From positions 370,003 to 434,002 of the forward strand of contig NIVC01000845.1 in the NCBI GenBank assembly GCA_002269645.1: a DNA stretch of 64,000 nucleotides. Direction: 5' to 3'. Numbering within the stretch: the stretch's first letter is position 1; every line of letters starts with the position of its first letter. The translations under genes and the position numbers were made by a program. Below, piece after piece: positions 37,201-47,629 of the stretch. The DNA is from Macrostomum lignano (taxonomy: Eukaryota). Below the pieces are notes generated by a model, which searched no databases, was not told where the DNA came from, and saw nothing but the letters and a program-made list of their open reading frames with translations.

Positions 37201-40200
37201 CCATGCTTGTGAATGTTAACTGAAACTTTTATACACCTTTCGATACTTTTATTATTTCTGTACCGCTCCAACAGACATGCGCAGATTATTGTTTTAATTT
37301 GTTAACTTCGCCACTCCGGTCACAGCAGTGGAATTCATGCACAGGTATTAACCGATTTGAGGTAAGATAAGAGAGTTATGCAGGTAGGTAAGAGCTGATT
37401 CAGTATTTCAAATTCTTTGGATAATGCAAACATTCCAATGATTCCTCACCAGCTGGAGCTCCTCCAGGTGAGGTCTTAGCGACTGTGTGCTCAAATACTT
37501 TCTGACTATGACTCTCTGGAAGTTTGTAAGGTTTCAATTGCATTTGTGTCGGCTTGGGGGAGACAAAAAAAGCGGCTTGAAGCAAAACAGAAATTTTGCG
37601 GCCGATTAGCGCGAAGCCAATAGAATAAATTTGTCCAAAAAATGCAACAAAAATGGCATCATGCTTTGAGTTGCCACTGTGAACTTGGAGCTCGTTTGAA
37701 GTGCCGATGGCACAGCTTTGCCCTGAGTCTTTGATGCGATTGCAAGGATTTCAGAGAATCTCACCCAATCTCAATCTCAATAGATCACATCTATTCTCAT
37801 CCACTGTCTTCCTTTCTCACCCAGTCGCATCCAGTCTCAGTTAATGTCAGCCATCTTCTTATTTCACCCTAATCTCACCCAAAATCTGACCCTAATCTCA
37901 CCCCAATCTCACCCCATCTCACCAAATCTCATCCAATCTCACCCAATCTCACCCAATCTCACCCAATCTCACCCAATCTCACCCAATCTCACCCAATCTC
38001 ACCCAATCTCACCCAATCTCACCCAATCTCACCCAATCTCATCTAAATCTCACCCCAATCTCATCCTTCTCTCACCCAATCTCATCTAAATCTCACCACA
38101 ATCTCAACAAGTCCCACCCAATCTCTCTCTATCTCAACCCGATCTCACTAAATCTCACCTAAATCTCACCCAATCTCACCCAAATCTTACCCAAATCTCA
38201 CAAAATCTCAATAAATCTCATCTAATCTCACCCAATCTCAATCAATCTCAATAAATCTTAGCCAATCCACAAAATCTCACAAAATCTTAGCCAATCCACA
38301 AAATCTCACAAAATCTCAGCAAATCTCACCCAATCTCACCTAGTCCCTCCCAATATCATCCGATATACCAGAAAATCGCAACCAAGCTCACAATCTAACT
38401 CTCTCTCAGTCAAATCTCACCCTCGTTGGCCACAATAGTGCCGGGCGAGTCCACGTGCTTAGCCATCTGGTCGAACTGGCGCAGCTGGCGCGCCTTGGAC
38501 TCGGCGGCCGCCTCGGTCTCCATGCGGCGGACTCGCTCCGAGCCGCCCTGCACTGCGCCGGCGCCCGGCGTCTTGGCCTGCAAAGGTGATCAGGGCGACT
38601 GCGGCAGTTGCATCGGAACAGCCTCACTCAGTGATGCCTGCAAGCTGGGCCTGCCTTCTCACGATGTCCAAGGCCTTCACCATCACTGCGAACTGATATC
38701 CTCATTGATTGCTCAGGAAGGTGTACAGAGTACAACTGATTAAATCTCACCTAATCTCACCTAATCTCACCCAATCTCACCCAATCTCACCCAATCTCAC
38801 CCAATCTCATCCAATCTCACTCAATCTCACCCAATCTCATCCAATCTCACCTAATCTCAACCAATCTCACCCAATCTCACCCAATCTCACCCAATCTCAT
38901 CCAATCTCACCCAATCTCACCTAATCTCACCCAATCTCACCAAATCTCACCAAAACTCACAAAATCCACCCAATCTCACCCAATCTCACCCAATATCACC
39001 TAAATCTCACCAGATCTCACCAAATCCACCCAATCTTAACCAATCTCACTCAATCCATATTCTAAAAATGGTCTATCGGTATCTATCTATCTATCTAGTC
39101 TCACCTAAATCTCACTCAATCTCACCAAATCTCACCAAATCTCACCAAATCTCACCAAATCTCACCAAATCTCACCAAATATCACTCAACCTCATCCAGT
39201 CTCACCCAATTTCACTAATTATCACCTAATCTTAATCAATGTCATAAATCTCCTCAAATTTCACTCAATCTCACCAACTATCACTAAGTCTCACCCAATC
39301 CCATGAAATCTCACCAAATTTCACCCAATCTTCGCGCTCGCCTCTATCTTTCTGCCTCCAATCTCACCCACCCTCACTCACCAGCTCCTGGTAGTTCCTC
39401 AGCTCAGCCTCCTTGTCCTTCTGCGCCTGCTCCGCCCTGGCCTTCACAGAGTCGTCCTTGTGCACCGCGCCAGCCGACTGCTTGGCCATTTCCTGGAAAC
39501 CCTTCATCTGGCGAGCCTTCGCCTCCTCCGCCTGCTTGGCCCGCATAGCAACCGGGTCCACAGTCGCGTGCGACTTCTTCTTCTCCTCGTAGGCTTCTAG
39601 AAGAGGTGGATTTGGCTGAAGCTGGGTGAGACTGGGCGACAAGTTGGAGTGAGATTTGGTGAGATTGGATTCGATTGGTTGAGATTTGATTCGATTGGTT
39701 GAGATTGGATTCGATTGGGTGAGATTTGCTTCGATTGGGTGAGATTAGATTCGATTTAAGTGAGATTGGATTCGATTGGGTGAGATTGGGTCGATTGGGT
39801 GAGATTGGATTCCATTGGGTGAGATTGGATTCCATTGGGTGAGATTGGGTGAGATTGGGTGATTGGATTCCATTTGGTGAGATTGGATTCGATTGGGTGA
39901 GATTGAGTCGATTGGGGGGATTGGATTTTATTGGATTCAATTGGATGAGTTTGGGTAGATTGGATGGGATTGGATTCCATTGGGTGAGATTGGATTCCAT
40001 TGGGTGAGATTGGATTCCATTGGGTGAGATTAGATTCGATTTAAGTGAGATTGGATTCGATTGGGTGAGATTGGGTCGATTGGGTGAGATTGGATTTGAT
40101 TGGATTCAATTGGATTCCATTGAGTGAGATTGGGTGAGATTGGGTGATTGGATTCCATTTGGTGAGATTGGATTCGATTGGGTGAGATTGAGTCGATTGG

Positions 40201-40683
40201 GGGGGATTGGATTTTATTGGATTCAATTGGATGAGTTTGGGTAGATTGGATGGGATTGGATTCCATTGGGTGAGATTGGATTCTATTGGGTGAGATTGGA
40301 TTCTATTAGGTGAGATTGGATTCCATTGGGTGAGATTGGATTCCATTGGGTGAGGATTCCATTGGGTGAGATTGGATGAGATTGGATGAGATTGGAGCAT
40401 GAGAGCTGGGGATAGTGCAGCTTCACCAGCCAGCACTCCAATGAACTCACTCGCGTGCTCCTCGTGCAGCACTTTCAGCCTGGCTCGGATCAGCTTCTTC
40501 TTGTCAAAGTCGTCAGTCTGAGTCAGCTGGCGATCCGGCAGTGGTAGAGGAGAGCTTTTTGTCACATCAGGTTAGGAAAAGCTACACGAAAGTCCCCATT
40601 GCCAGCCAACTCACCAGCTTGGACAGGACCTCCTCATCTCGACAGCTTTTAATGTCAACTTCTCCAGACGTTGGGTCGGTCAT
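34278..40683 (-). CDS. Smoothelin-like protein (N-terminal smoothelin motif, C-terminal calponin-homology domain), about 360 aa
   Basis: Exons 40683-40615, 40526-40451, 39596-39382, 38577-38421, 37134-37020, 36657-36537, 36463-36312, 34455-34278. All GT-AG and phase-consistent, 1083 nt. N-terminus DEEVLSKLLTQTDDFDKKKLIRARLKVL matches the smoothelin motif. CH domain IKQMLLEWCQ...[23 protein letters not shown]...NFQLAFDTAE...LLDVEDMM...PDWKCVFTYVQSFYRKF matches smoothelin-type CH. A perfect TACTAAC branch point precedes exon 5. Confidence 0.9.
34483..36300. repeat. 8-bp tandem array (CAGTCTCA)n in smoothelin intron 7
   Basis: Directly visible, with CCCAGT and TTCCAGT variants. Confidence 0.95.
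36740..37000. repeat. Degenerate about 43-bp array (AAGAATGTACATTCACTCCAGTTGACAAGCCACC..)n in smoothelin intron 5
   Basis: About 6 imperfect units. Confidence 0.75.
37755..38400. repeat. 10-bp array (CCAATCTCAC)n in smoothelin intron 4
   Basis: Directly visible. Confidence 0.9.
38742..39372. repeat. 10-bp array (CCAATCTCAC)n in smoothelin intron 3
   Basis: Directly visible. Confidence 0.9.
39645..40395. repeat. Array of ATTGGGTGAG / ATTGGATTC units in smoothelin intron 2 (reverse complement of the intron 3 and 4 family)
   Basis: ATTGGGTGAG is the reverse complement of CTCACCCAAT. Confidence 0.9.
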
Positions 40684-40913
40684 TTCTTACTGGTTTTCTT
40701 TTAATTTCGGAGTCTGAACATCGAGGAAAGTTTGGGATAGCCGTCGCAGATGTTGGTTTCAACGCTAAGCGAAAGGGGATTTTTATGCCATCCCATGCCC
40801 TGCACTGTTGCCGTCCCTTCGTCCCTCGGTGGCTTCTTGCTAAGCCTCCCAGATTCGGCGAAACCCCATTCGTCCACCCCCGTCCGTCCTCTCTGCCCCC
40901 GCCAACCCCAATC

Positions 40914-40925
40914 TGTCACGTGACA
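40914..40925. promoter_or_regulatory. Palindromic E-box TGTCACGTGACA (CLEAR/USF/MiT-type) upstream of the smoothelin-like ATG
   Basis: 12-bp perfect palindrome about 230 bp upstream of the ATG. Function is inferred only. Confidence 0.3.
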
Positions 40926-42211
40926 GCGCAGATCGCAGCAGCAGCCGCATCTGCGCGCAGTTGATGCAGAAGCAGCTGAACGCCGGTTTTTGTTTTGTTG
41001 CTAACGAAACTGACTGGACCTCCCACACAGGAGGCTGGGCTAGCGGAATCCTAGATGAAGCGGGTTCCTTCTTTCCCCACCTACTGATTTAGTCAATCGA
41101 GGCATTCTAAAATTCTGATCTGGAGCAGGAAATCTTCATCTAAATGCTAATTTTGAGTTTGAAAGCAGCCAACTCACCCAATCTCACAATCAGCAGGAGT
41201 TGATTTTAACAAAAACGTGTTCTTAACAGAACAGTTGTTGTTTGACACCGTTCAATTCGTTCATAGTCTAATAAGAAAGTTAACTCCAAGTTCTTCTTCA
41301 GGATCTCCTTGGCTCATCCCTTTCAACTTGTTTATGCCGTTTCTCTTCTCCTGTCTTCTGCCCTTCTAAAAATACACCGCTGAAAGCGCAGCTCGACAGT
41401 CGGCCTCTTAATTCTTTTATTCGTACGAAAATTGGTAGCGCGAAGATAGCAGACTTTCATTACTGTTGAACGTGGCCAGAAATTTCTTCATTGCTTTCTG
41501 AGGAGCGACTGTTGGGCTTGCGCAGTGCAGATTCCATTTACCTTGGAAGATCAGATATTCAAAAGGTGGCGAGGCTGCTAAGAGCTTCGTCGATAATTTC
41601 TCTTATTTCGCAGATTTGTCTTTTGCGCAGTGCGAACGCATTTTAGGTGTACTCGTAAACGGCTGAGTGATCATTGACAAAGATTTATTACTTATGAAAG
41701 TAACGTAAAATTTCATTGAGCAGTACTGCACTACTTACAGCAGTAGCAAAAAAGGGCATTGCTTTATTATTGAGCAACGGACAATTAATTGTTTAAATGA
41801 AACCAAAAAACAACAAATTCAATTAAACAAAACAAACGCATCATAAGTGAAAAGGGCGTCAAATTTTTAGTGCCTTATAAATAAATTCGATGAAACAGTT
41901 TTCAAAATGATTTTGATTCAAAATTCCAAAAACATTCAGCGTTAGCTTTATACAAGTATTTCCTAGAATACACTGAACCAGATTTCTTAGAAATCGTCGT
42001 AGGTAAAAAATTCAAAATTGTAAGCATTTACGGGTATATCTCAAAAGAACGCGAATCTGCAAAAATGCATTTGCGAGACGGGAAGTTTACAGGTCTTCAA
42101 TTTACCTTCTGTACTTTCGGGAAGAATTTTTTTGCATAGCTTCAGCATGGTTTCGCCATAGACTTTAAAATACACTAAAGATAAAGGAACAACTGGCACA
42201 GATGCCTCTTG

Positions 42212-42677
42212 CACAGATACTAAAATACTCGTAACTACTAAGGTAGATGGGCCACTCAGGCATATATACTTAGTAAAACAGCTTTCTACTTCCAGTTCAG
42301 TAGCAAAGAAGAAAACAAAAGCTATTTTATAAAAATATAGTCAGCTGAAATTATTTTGATAAGATTAGAAGCCGAAGCTTGCAGGCGTAAACAACTTGCT
42401 AATTAGTTCAGCAATAATGTACATTAGCCAGTCTATTGAATGTACATGGCAGCTTTAGGCTGGAAGTCCGAGAAAGGCAATAAAAATTGGGGAGGGGCGG
42501 CGGGGGGGTAGTGCGGAAAGGCGCAGTTGGAGGGTTTAAGCTGGATGTAAAGAGCCAATAAATTGAGCCTTGGCTTTAAAAATACATTAAAATGCCTTTA
42601 TTTAACTCACTACTGAACTGAAGTAGCTTACACGCAAATGAGCTGAGTGGGCCAATCCAGTTATTCTGGTATCCGTG
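42212..42677. mobile_element. hAT-like MITE, copy 2 (466 bp)
   Basis: Starts CACAGATACTAAAATA and ends TTATTCTGGTATCCGTG. Internal sequence is collinear with 3747-4191. Flanks GCCTCTTG (42204-42211) and GTCTCTTG (42678-42685) are a 7/8 match to an 8-bp TSD. Confidence 0.85.
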
Positions 42678-42858
42678 GTCTCTTGTAGCCGTTCATGCAA
42701 ACCCATCAGATTGATAAACTTGTCAATCAACCATTTTGTCTTCGGAACTCCGGAAGCTGAGATACTGGGAAGCTACAAACGTAGTGCTAAAAAACTGAAT
42801 GCTCCCCATCTCGCCAATGCATCCTGCAGCGTCATTCTGCTTCAGCTGTTCATGGACT

Positions 42859-45800
42859 TCAGCAGTCGCCCAGCCATCCGGTCTCCGGGTTTGCAGTCAG
42901 CCGCAGGACCTGCCGCGCGAGCGCCGGCGCCACCGGCCAGGTTTGGCGCGGGCCGACAGCCTCTCGGCGCAGGCTACCATCGGGCTCGACAACCAGTAGG
43001 CAGGCCTGTCGATGCTTCTCGCAGGCCAGCAGGCTGGCGAGCAGGCGGCGGTGCCGGTTGGCGGCGGCTCGGTCCAGTAGCAGCACCAGCGGGCCGCGCG
43101 CGGTCCGAGCTCTGCTGGGCGTGAACTGGCGCGCGCGCCGGATCAGTCGCAGGCCTTTGGCGCCGGCGCGCAACAAGCGCGGCAGTTGAATGCGTAGCGC
43201 CCGCCCGGACACCAGGAGGCTGCCGGACGCTGAAAGATCGCCGATAGCGCTGTCTGGGTTCAAGGCACCGACCTCGGCGTCGCCGGCTTCTACAGCTGCT
43301 ACTGCCTCATCTCTCCTCAATCGTCGAGGAACGGCTGCGGGAGTCAGTTTTGATGAAGCGGCTCTCGGCATCTGCATTGATTCTAGCGATCAAGTTCATT
43401 GACCCCCAGAATCTCTGGACTGGATACGAGCTGTCTGCATTGATCCTAGCGATCAAGTTCATGGACCCCCAGAATCTCTGGACTGGATACGAGCTGTCTG
43501 CATTGATACTAGCGATCAAGTTCATGGACCCTCAGAATCTCTGGACTGGATACGAGCTGTCTGCATTGATTCTAGCGATCAAGTTCATGGACCCTCAGAA
43601 TCTCTGGACTGGAAACGAGTTCTGGTAGAACAGCACGCTTGATAATGAGAAGTAAAAGAAAGGAGATTGCGAGCATTTTCATTAGAACGACATGTTTCGC
43701 CTAACTTTAGGCATCATCGGGCAGATTGGAATTTATTTAATTTAAGTCAAAACGTTACTCTACGTTTACTCTACGTTTTGACTTAAATTAAATAAATTCC
43801 AATCTGCCCGATGATGCCTAAAGTTAGGCGAAACATGTCGTTCTAATGAAAATGCTCGCAATCTCCTTTCTTTTGGAAACGAGTTGTCTGAGGTGTCTTT
43901 GAGTACCGTCGCAGAGGATAATCAAGGTCTCAAAGGTGGAAAATTCGACGACTAACAAGCATCCTAAGACGTCGGAACCGTCTTAGGAAGGAGATGATTG
44001 GATAAGAAATAATTATTGGCAACAAATGAATTCCAAACTCACCCGACACTGCCAGGACCAAGGTGGCGCACACGACGCCAACCACTGCGAGAATGGGTGC
44101 CCGGTACGAGTTGCTGCCGTCCGCTTTTGGACTTGGTTGGACAGCAGCGGCGACGGGCGAGTTTTCTATTGAGGAACAAACGAGGGGGGGGGGGCACAGA
44201 TAAAAGGGACCGCATCGGAATATTGGAATGTTTTGCCTTCACCAACTTGACTTACCGTTCACCCGCCATGGCAAAAATCTCGATCGGATGTAACTGGCCG
44301 GGAATTTGTACTGCAAGCATAGGAGAAGCATCTTGAGCATAATCTTTATTAATGCGGAAAACTTATTTAAAATTAATACTTACAGCAAACCTTGCCCGGA
44401 GAAGTCTATCCACCTCTGAGCTGCCACCATCACTGTTGAATACTGATCCGACTAGGGCAAAACGGCACCAGCCATCCGTGCAACTCGGCTCAATCTGCAA
44501 TAAATAAACATCACATCTCTGTCTGATTGTAGCCGTTGGTGCTCACTTTCCACTCACAGAAGAAAGTCGGTCACGCAGCCTCACGCTCCTCATCGCCTCG
44601 ATGGCCACACAACCTCACACTCCTTTCACCACCTCGATAGCCACACCGCCTCATAATAAAAAGGCCTTTCCAGTCGAACTGGTCAGCAGGGCTGGCCATA
44701 GACTATCGCTTTTAATTCAACACCCCTCTTTGCCCAGCCTTTCTACAGCCGGGATTTTTTGCTGTACATTATACTGTACTGTTCATTGAATTCAAGCTAG
44801 ATTGACAAGCTGTAGCAGAAATTGTACGGAAATGTTGTACATCCACATGAGAGGTCATCGTCTATACTTCACTGTTACTTATAAAAGGCAGCCTTCATTG
44901 TAACATCCACGACATGAACTCACCGTTTCTTTCTGATTTCCCAGAATCACTTTCAGCTCGACCCTTTTTCTACTTCGATCGTCTCCAGAATCTGTGAAAA
45001 AGGCGGTGAACTCGTCTAGCTGTTGCTTGCGTGCCTTGCTGGCATTCTGCTGCCGCCAGCTTGTCCGCATCTTGTAGCCAGTCCACCCCATCCACGGTCG
45101 CTCTTCCATCCGGGACGGATCTGCAGTTAGACAGGCGTGAACAGGTCGCTTCAAAAGTGAAATACAATCGAGATTAGTTCATTCGTTTTCACAGGGGTAA
45201 GGGGCTTTAGACACCATCGAACGAGCGACAGCCATCAAGAAGGCAAGCAGTCTTGCCCATTCCATGAGTGCGAGAATGATAGTTGGCCCTAAAAGCCAAT
45301 TTTATTTCACGGAATCTAACCTGCATACTGCGCTCGCGTAGCGAGAGTCAGACTTTCAGAGGATGTTCTGATGCAAATTTTCAGTTTTAAGTCAAGAGCA
45401 GGACTTCGATCTTCTTCAGTATTGTCATTCCTATTGACAAACGTTCAAAAGTCACAAGTTTTCGAATTTGAAAAGTTTTTTTAAAGCTTTAATTTGTCAA
45501 TTCGTGGGTTTCAGAAAATAATTGAACGAAATATGCATCTGCCCGCACGTGAACTTACACCAGTTCTTGCACGGAGGCTTGCACTGCGCGTCGATTCTGT
45601 ACATGGTGCTAGCTTTATTAGAGTACATCAGATGAATGTACATCGTTTTCGATAGATACACCCTACGAGGAAGCGGTATGACGGCGCGCAGCATCCGCAC
45701 TGAGCAGTTGCTCGCCACGCCGCGCCACGTCACGAACTCTTGCTCAACATTAGCGAGCGGATTTTGATTGCTTGAGAACACGTTGACCTCTTCCGGCATT

Positions 45801-46591
45801 ACGGAACCAACTGGCACGAACAGGAGCAGAGTGTACGAGTCGGGACGGGCTTCCGGGCAAATCCAGTAATAGGGTAGTTCCGGTTGGCAACTGGACGACT
45901 GATAGTTCAGCTGCTGTTGAGTCTGCGAATTAGCGTTAAGACAAACATGACAGAAGGGAACAGACAGACGGACATAGCAGGACAGGCAGGGCAGAACAGT
46001 GTAGACAGGATCAAGAGATAAAATTCTCAGTATTTCATTTGAACTATGAGTAGGAAAGATGGGTGGTTTCACTAGAAGTTTCGGCCTAGTGAAGTTTCGG
46101 CCTAGTGAAATTTCGGCCTAGTGAAGTTTCGGCCTAGTGAAGTTTCGGCCTAGTGAAGTTTCGGCCTAGTGAAGTTTCGGCCTAGTGAAGTTTCGGCCTA
46201 GTGAAGTTTCGGCCTAGTGAAGTTTCGGCCTAGTGAAGTTTCGGCCTAGTGAAGTTTCGGCCTAGTGAAGTTTCGACCTAGTGAAGTTTCGGCTTAGTGA
46301 AGTTTCGACCTAGTGAAGTTTCGGCTTAGTGAAGTTTCGACCTAGTGAAGTTTCGGCCTAGTGAAGTTTCGGCCTAGTGAAGTTTCGGCCTAGTGAAGTT
46401 TCGGCCTAGTGAAAGCGCTCCGGAAATATTATGCTCTGTTTTTACTTCCTCACCAGCTTGGCATAGTTGGCTGCTCGACAGGCGGTCAGGTTCCAGCGAT
46501 GCAGACGAGCCGGATGAGCTGAAGCAGAGCTGATGGCCAACAACAGCAGCAGAAGAAAGTAGGTAGGGCAGTCACATGCAGTTCGGAGCAT
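42859..46591 (-). CDS. Uncharacterised single-pass type I membrane protein (signal peptide, Cys-containing beta-rich ectodomain, TM, probable cytoplasmic domain)
   Basis: Phase-consistent exons 46591-46454 (MLRTACDCPTYFLLLLLLAISSASA signal peptide), 45922-45559, 45120-44924, 44494-44414 (weaker donor), 44310-44256, 44165-44043 (TM ILAVVGVVCATLVLAVS). The GC-rich ORF 43377-42859 is the likely last exon, but I could not resolve the splice joining it to the TM exon. Confidence 0.65.
43370..43621. repeat. 63-bp tandem repeat, about 4 copies
   Basis: CTGCATTGATTCTAGCGATCAAGTTCATGGACCCCCAGAATCTCTGGACTGGATACGAGCTGT units are directly adjacent, with no spacers. Confidence 0.9.
43622..43874. mobile_element. 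253-bp foldback insertion: 102-bp perfect inverted repeat with apparent 11-bp target-site duplication
   Basis: Arms 43654-43755 and 43773-43874 are exact reverse complements with a 17-nt loop. GGAAACGAGTT flanks the insert at 43611-43621 and 43875-43885. Confidence 0.75.
46072..46412. repeat. 16-bp tandem array (CCTAGTGAAGTTTCGG)n in intron 1 of the membrane-protein gene
   Basis: Directly visible. Confidence 0.95.
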
Positions 46592-46812
46592 TGTCAGATA
46601 CCTTAGCTGTCTACGGCTGAAGAATCAAACGGAGTTATTAGTAGGAACGCAGTTATCTGCTAATTGTCACAGCTATATACTCTGCTGTCCGCCAGCCCTC
46701 ATCTGAATGAGGATGGCAATAAATTTTTGTAGATAAGAGCAGACAGCCGCATTAGCACCGCAGCTTCTAATTGAAGCGGTGCAGCCGGCAGCTGCAGACT
46801 GAATTCCGGTAG

Positions 46813-47330
46813 TTAACAGGGCGTTCTGGACAAAACATCTAGATTGGCTTTGGTGTAAAGTTCCTCGATAAATCTGATTGTATCGATATAAAACTTAATT
46901 ATCAAATTCTCATAAAGCTTAGGCCAGGGGTCGGTATACTCCAGCCCTCGGGTCTTTTGAAACTTGAAGTTTTGAAAATAGCAATCCGGCCCGCTCAAGG
47001 CTGATGTCTCTTCTTCTCTCCTCTCTCCTCTCCTCTCCTCTCCTTTCTTCTCTCCTCACATATCTCCTCTCTTCTCTTTCTTATCTTATATCTCATCTCG
47101 CCTCTCATTTTCTCCTCTATTTCGTCATCTCGCATCTCCTCTTTCTTCTCTCTCCCCCATTCCATCACCTTTCCACCCTCACCTGGCCCGCAGCAATGAT
47201 TACAATCCATGCGCTCTATTCTGTACGCCATGGCTTCAAATCTCCGATATATCAGATCCGCGTATGTGATATTTTTGTGTCCAACCCCAGCACTGATAAC
47301 GGAACGGTAGCAACATAAACAACAATATGA
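46813..47330 (-). CDS. Candidate small Cys-containing protein, 5' end unresolved
   Basis: An exon ending at 47183 (..YADLIYRRFEAMAYRIERMDCNHCCGP, GTGAGG donor) joins in phase to 47000-46813 (ALSGPDCYFQNF...PWPKLYENLIIKFYIDTIRFIEELYTKANLDVLSRTPC*). The acceptor has a poor pyrimidine tract and there is no clean in-frame ATG. Confidence 0.35.
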
Positions 47331-47629
47331 TATCCATATTAACCAGGCAGAGAGCGTATTTACTCCTTACAAGCTTATCAAAGTTCCCTGGCCACTGTCT
47401 GTGCTATTTATTCCCATTTGGTCAGCTACATAAACTAATAGCCAAGGGTCTGAGAAGTGAATTAAATTAATAGTTTTATAGTCATTCACAACTCCCTTCA
47501 CAGCACCCTCCCTTTACAGCACCCTCCTTTCACAGCACCCTCCTTTCACAGCACTCTCCCTTCACAACACCTCCTTTCACAGCAACCTTCACATCACAGC
47601 AATCCTTCAGAGCATCCTTCCCTTAAAAA

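Noticed and set aside
41270-41370. Possible minus-strand exon KGRRQEKRNGINKLKGMSQGDPEEELG
   Set aside because: Could not be linked in phase to either neighbouring gene.
43370-43621. 63-bp repeats and other regular arrays as CRISPR arrays
   Set aside because: Units are contiguous with no unique spacers, there are no cas genes, and the DNA is eukaryotic.
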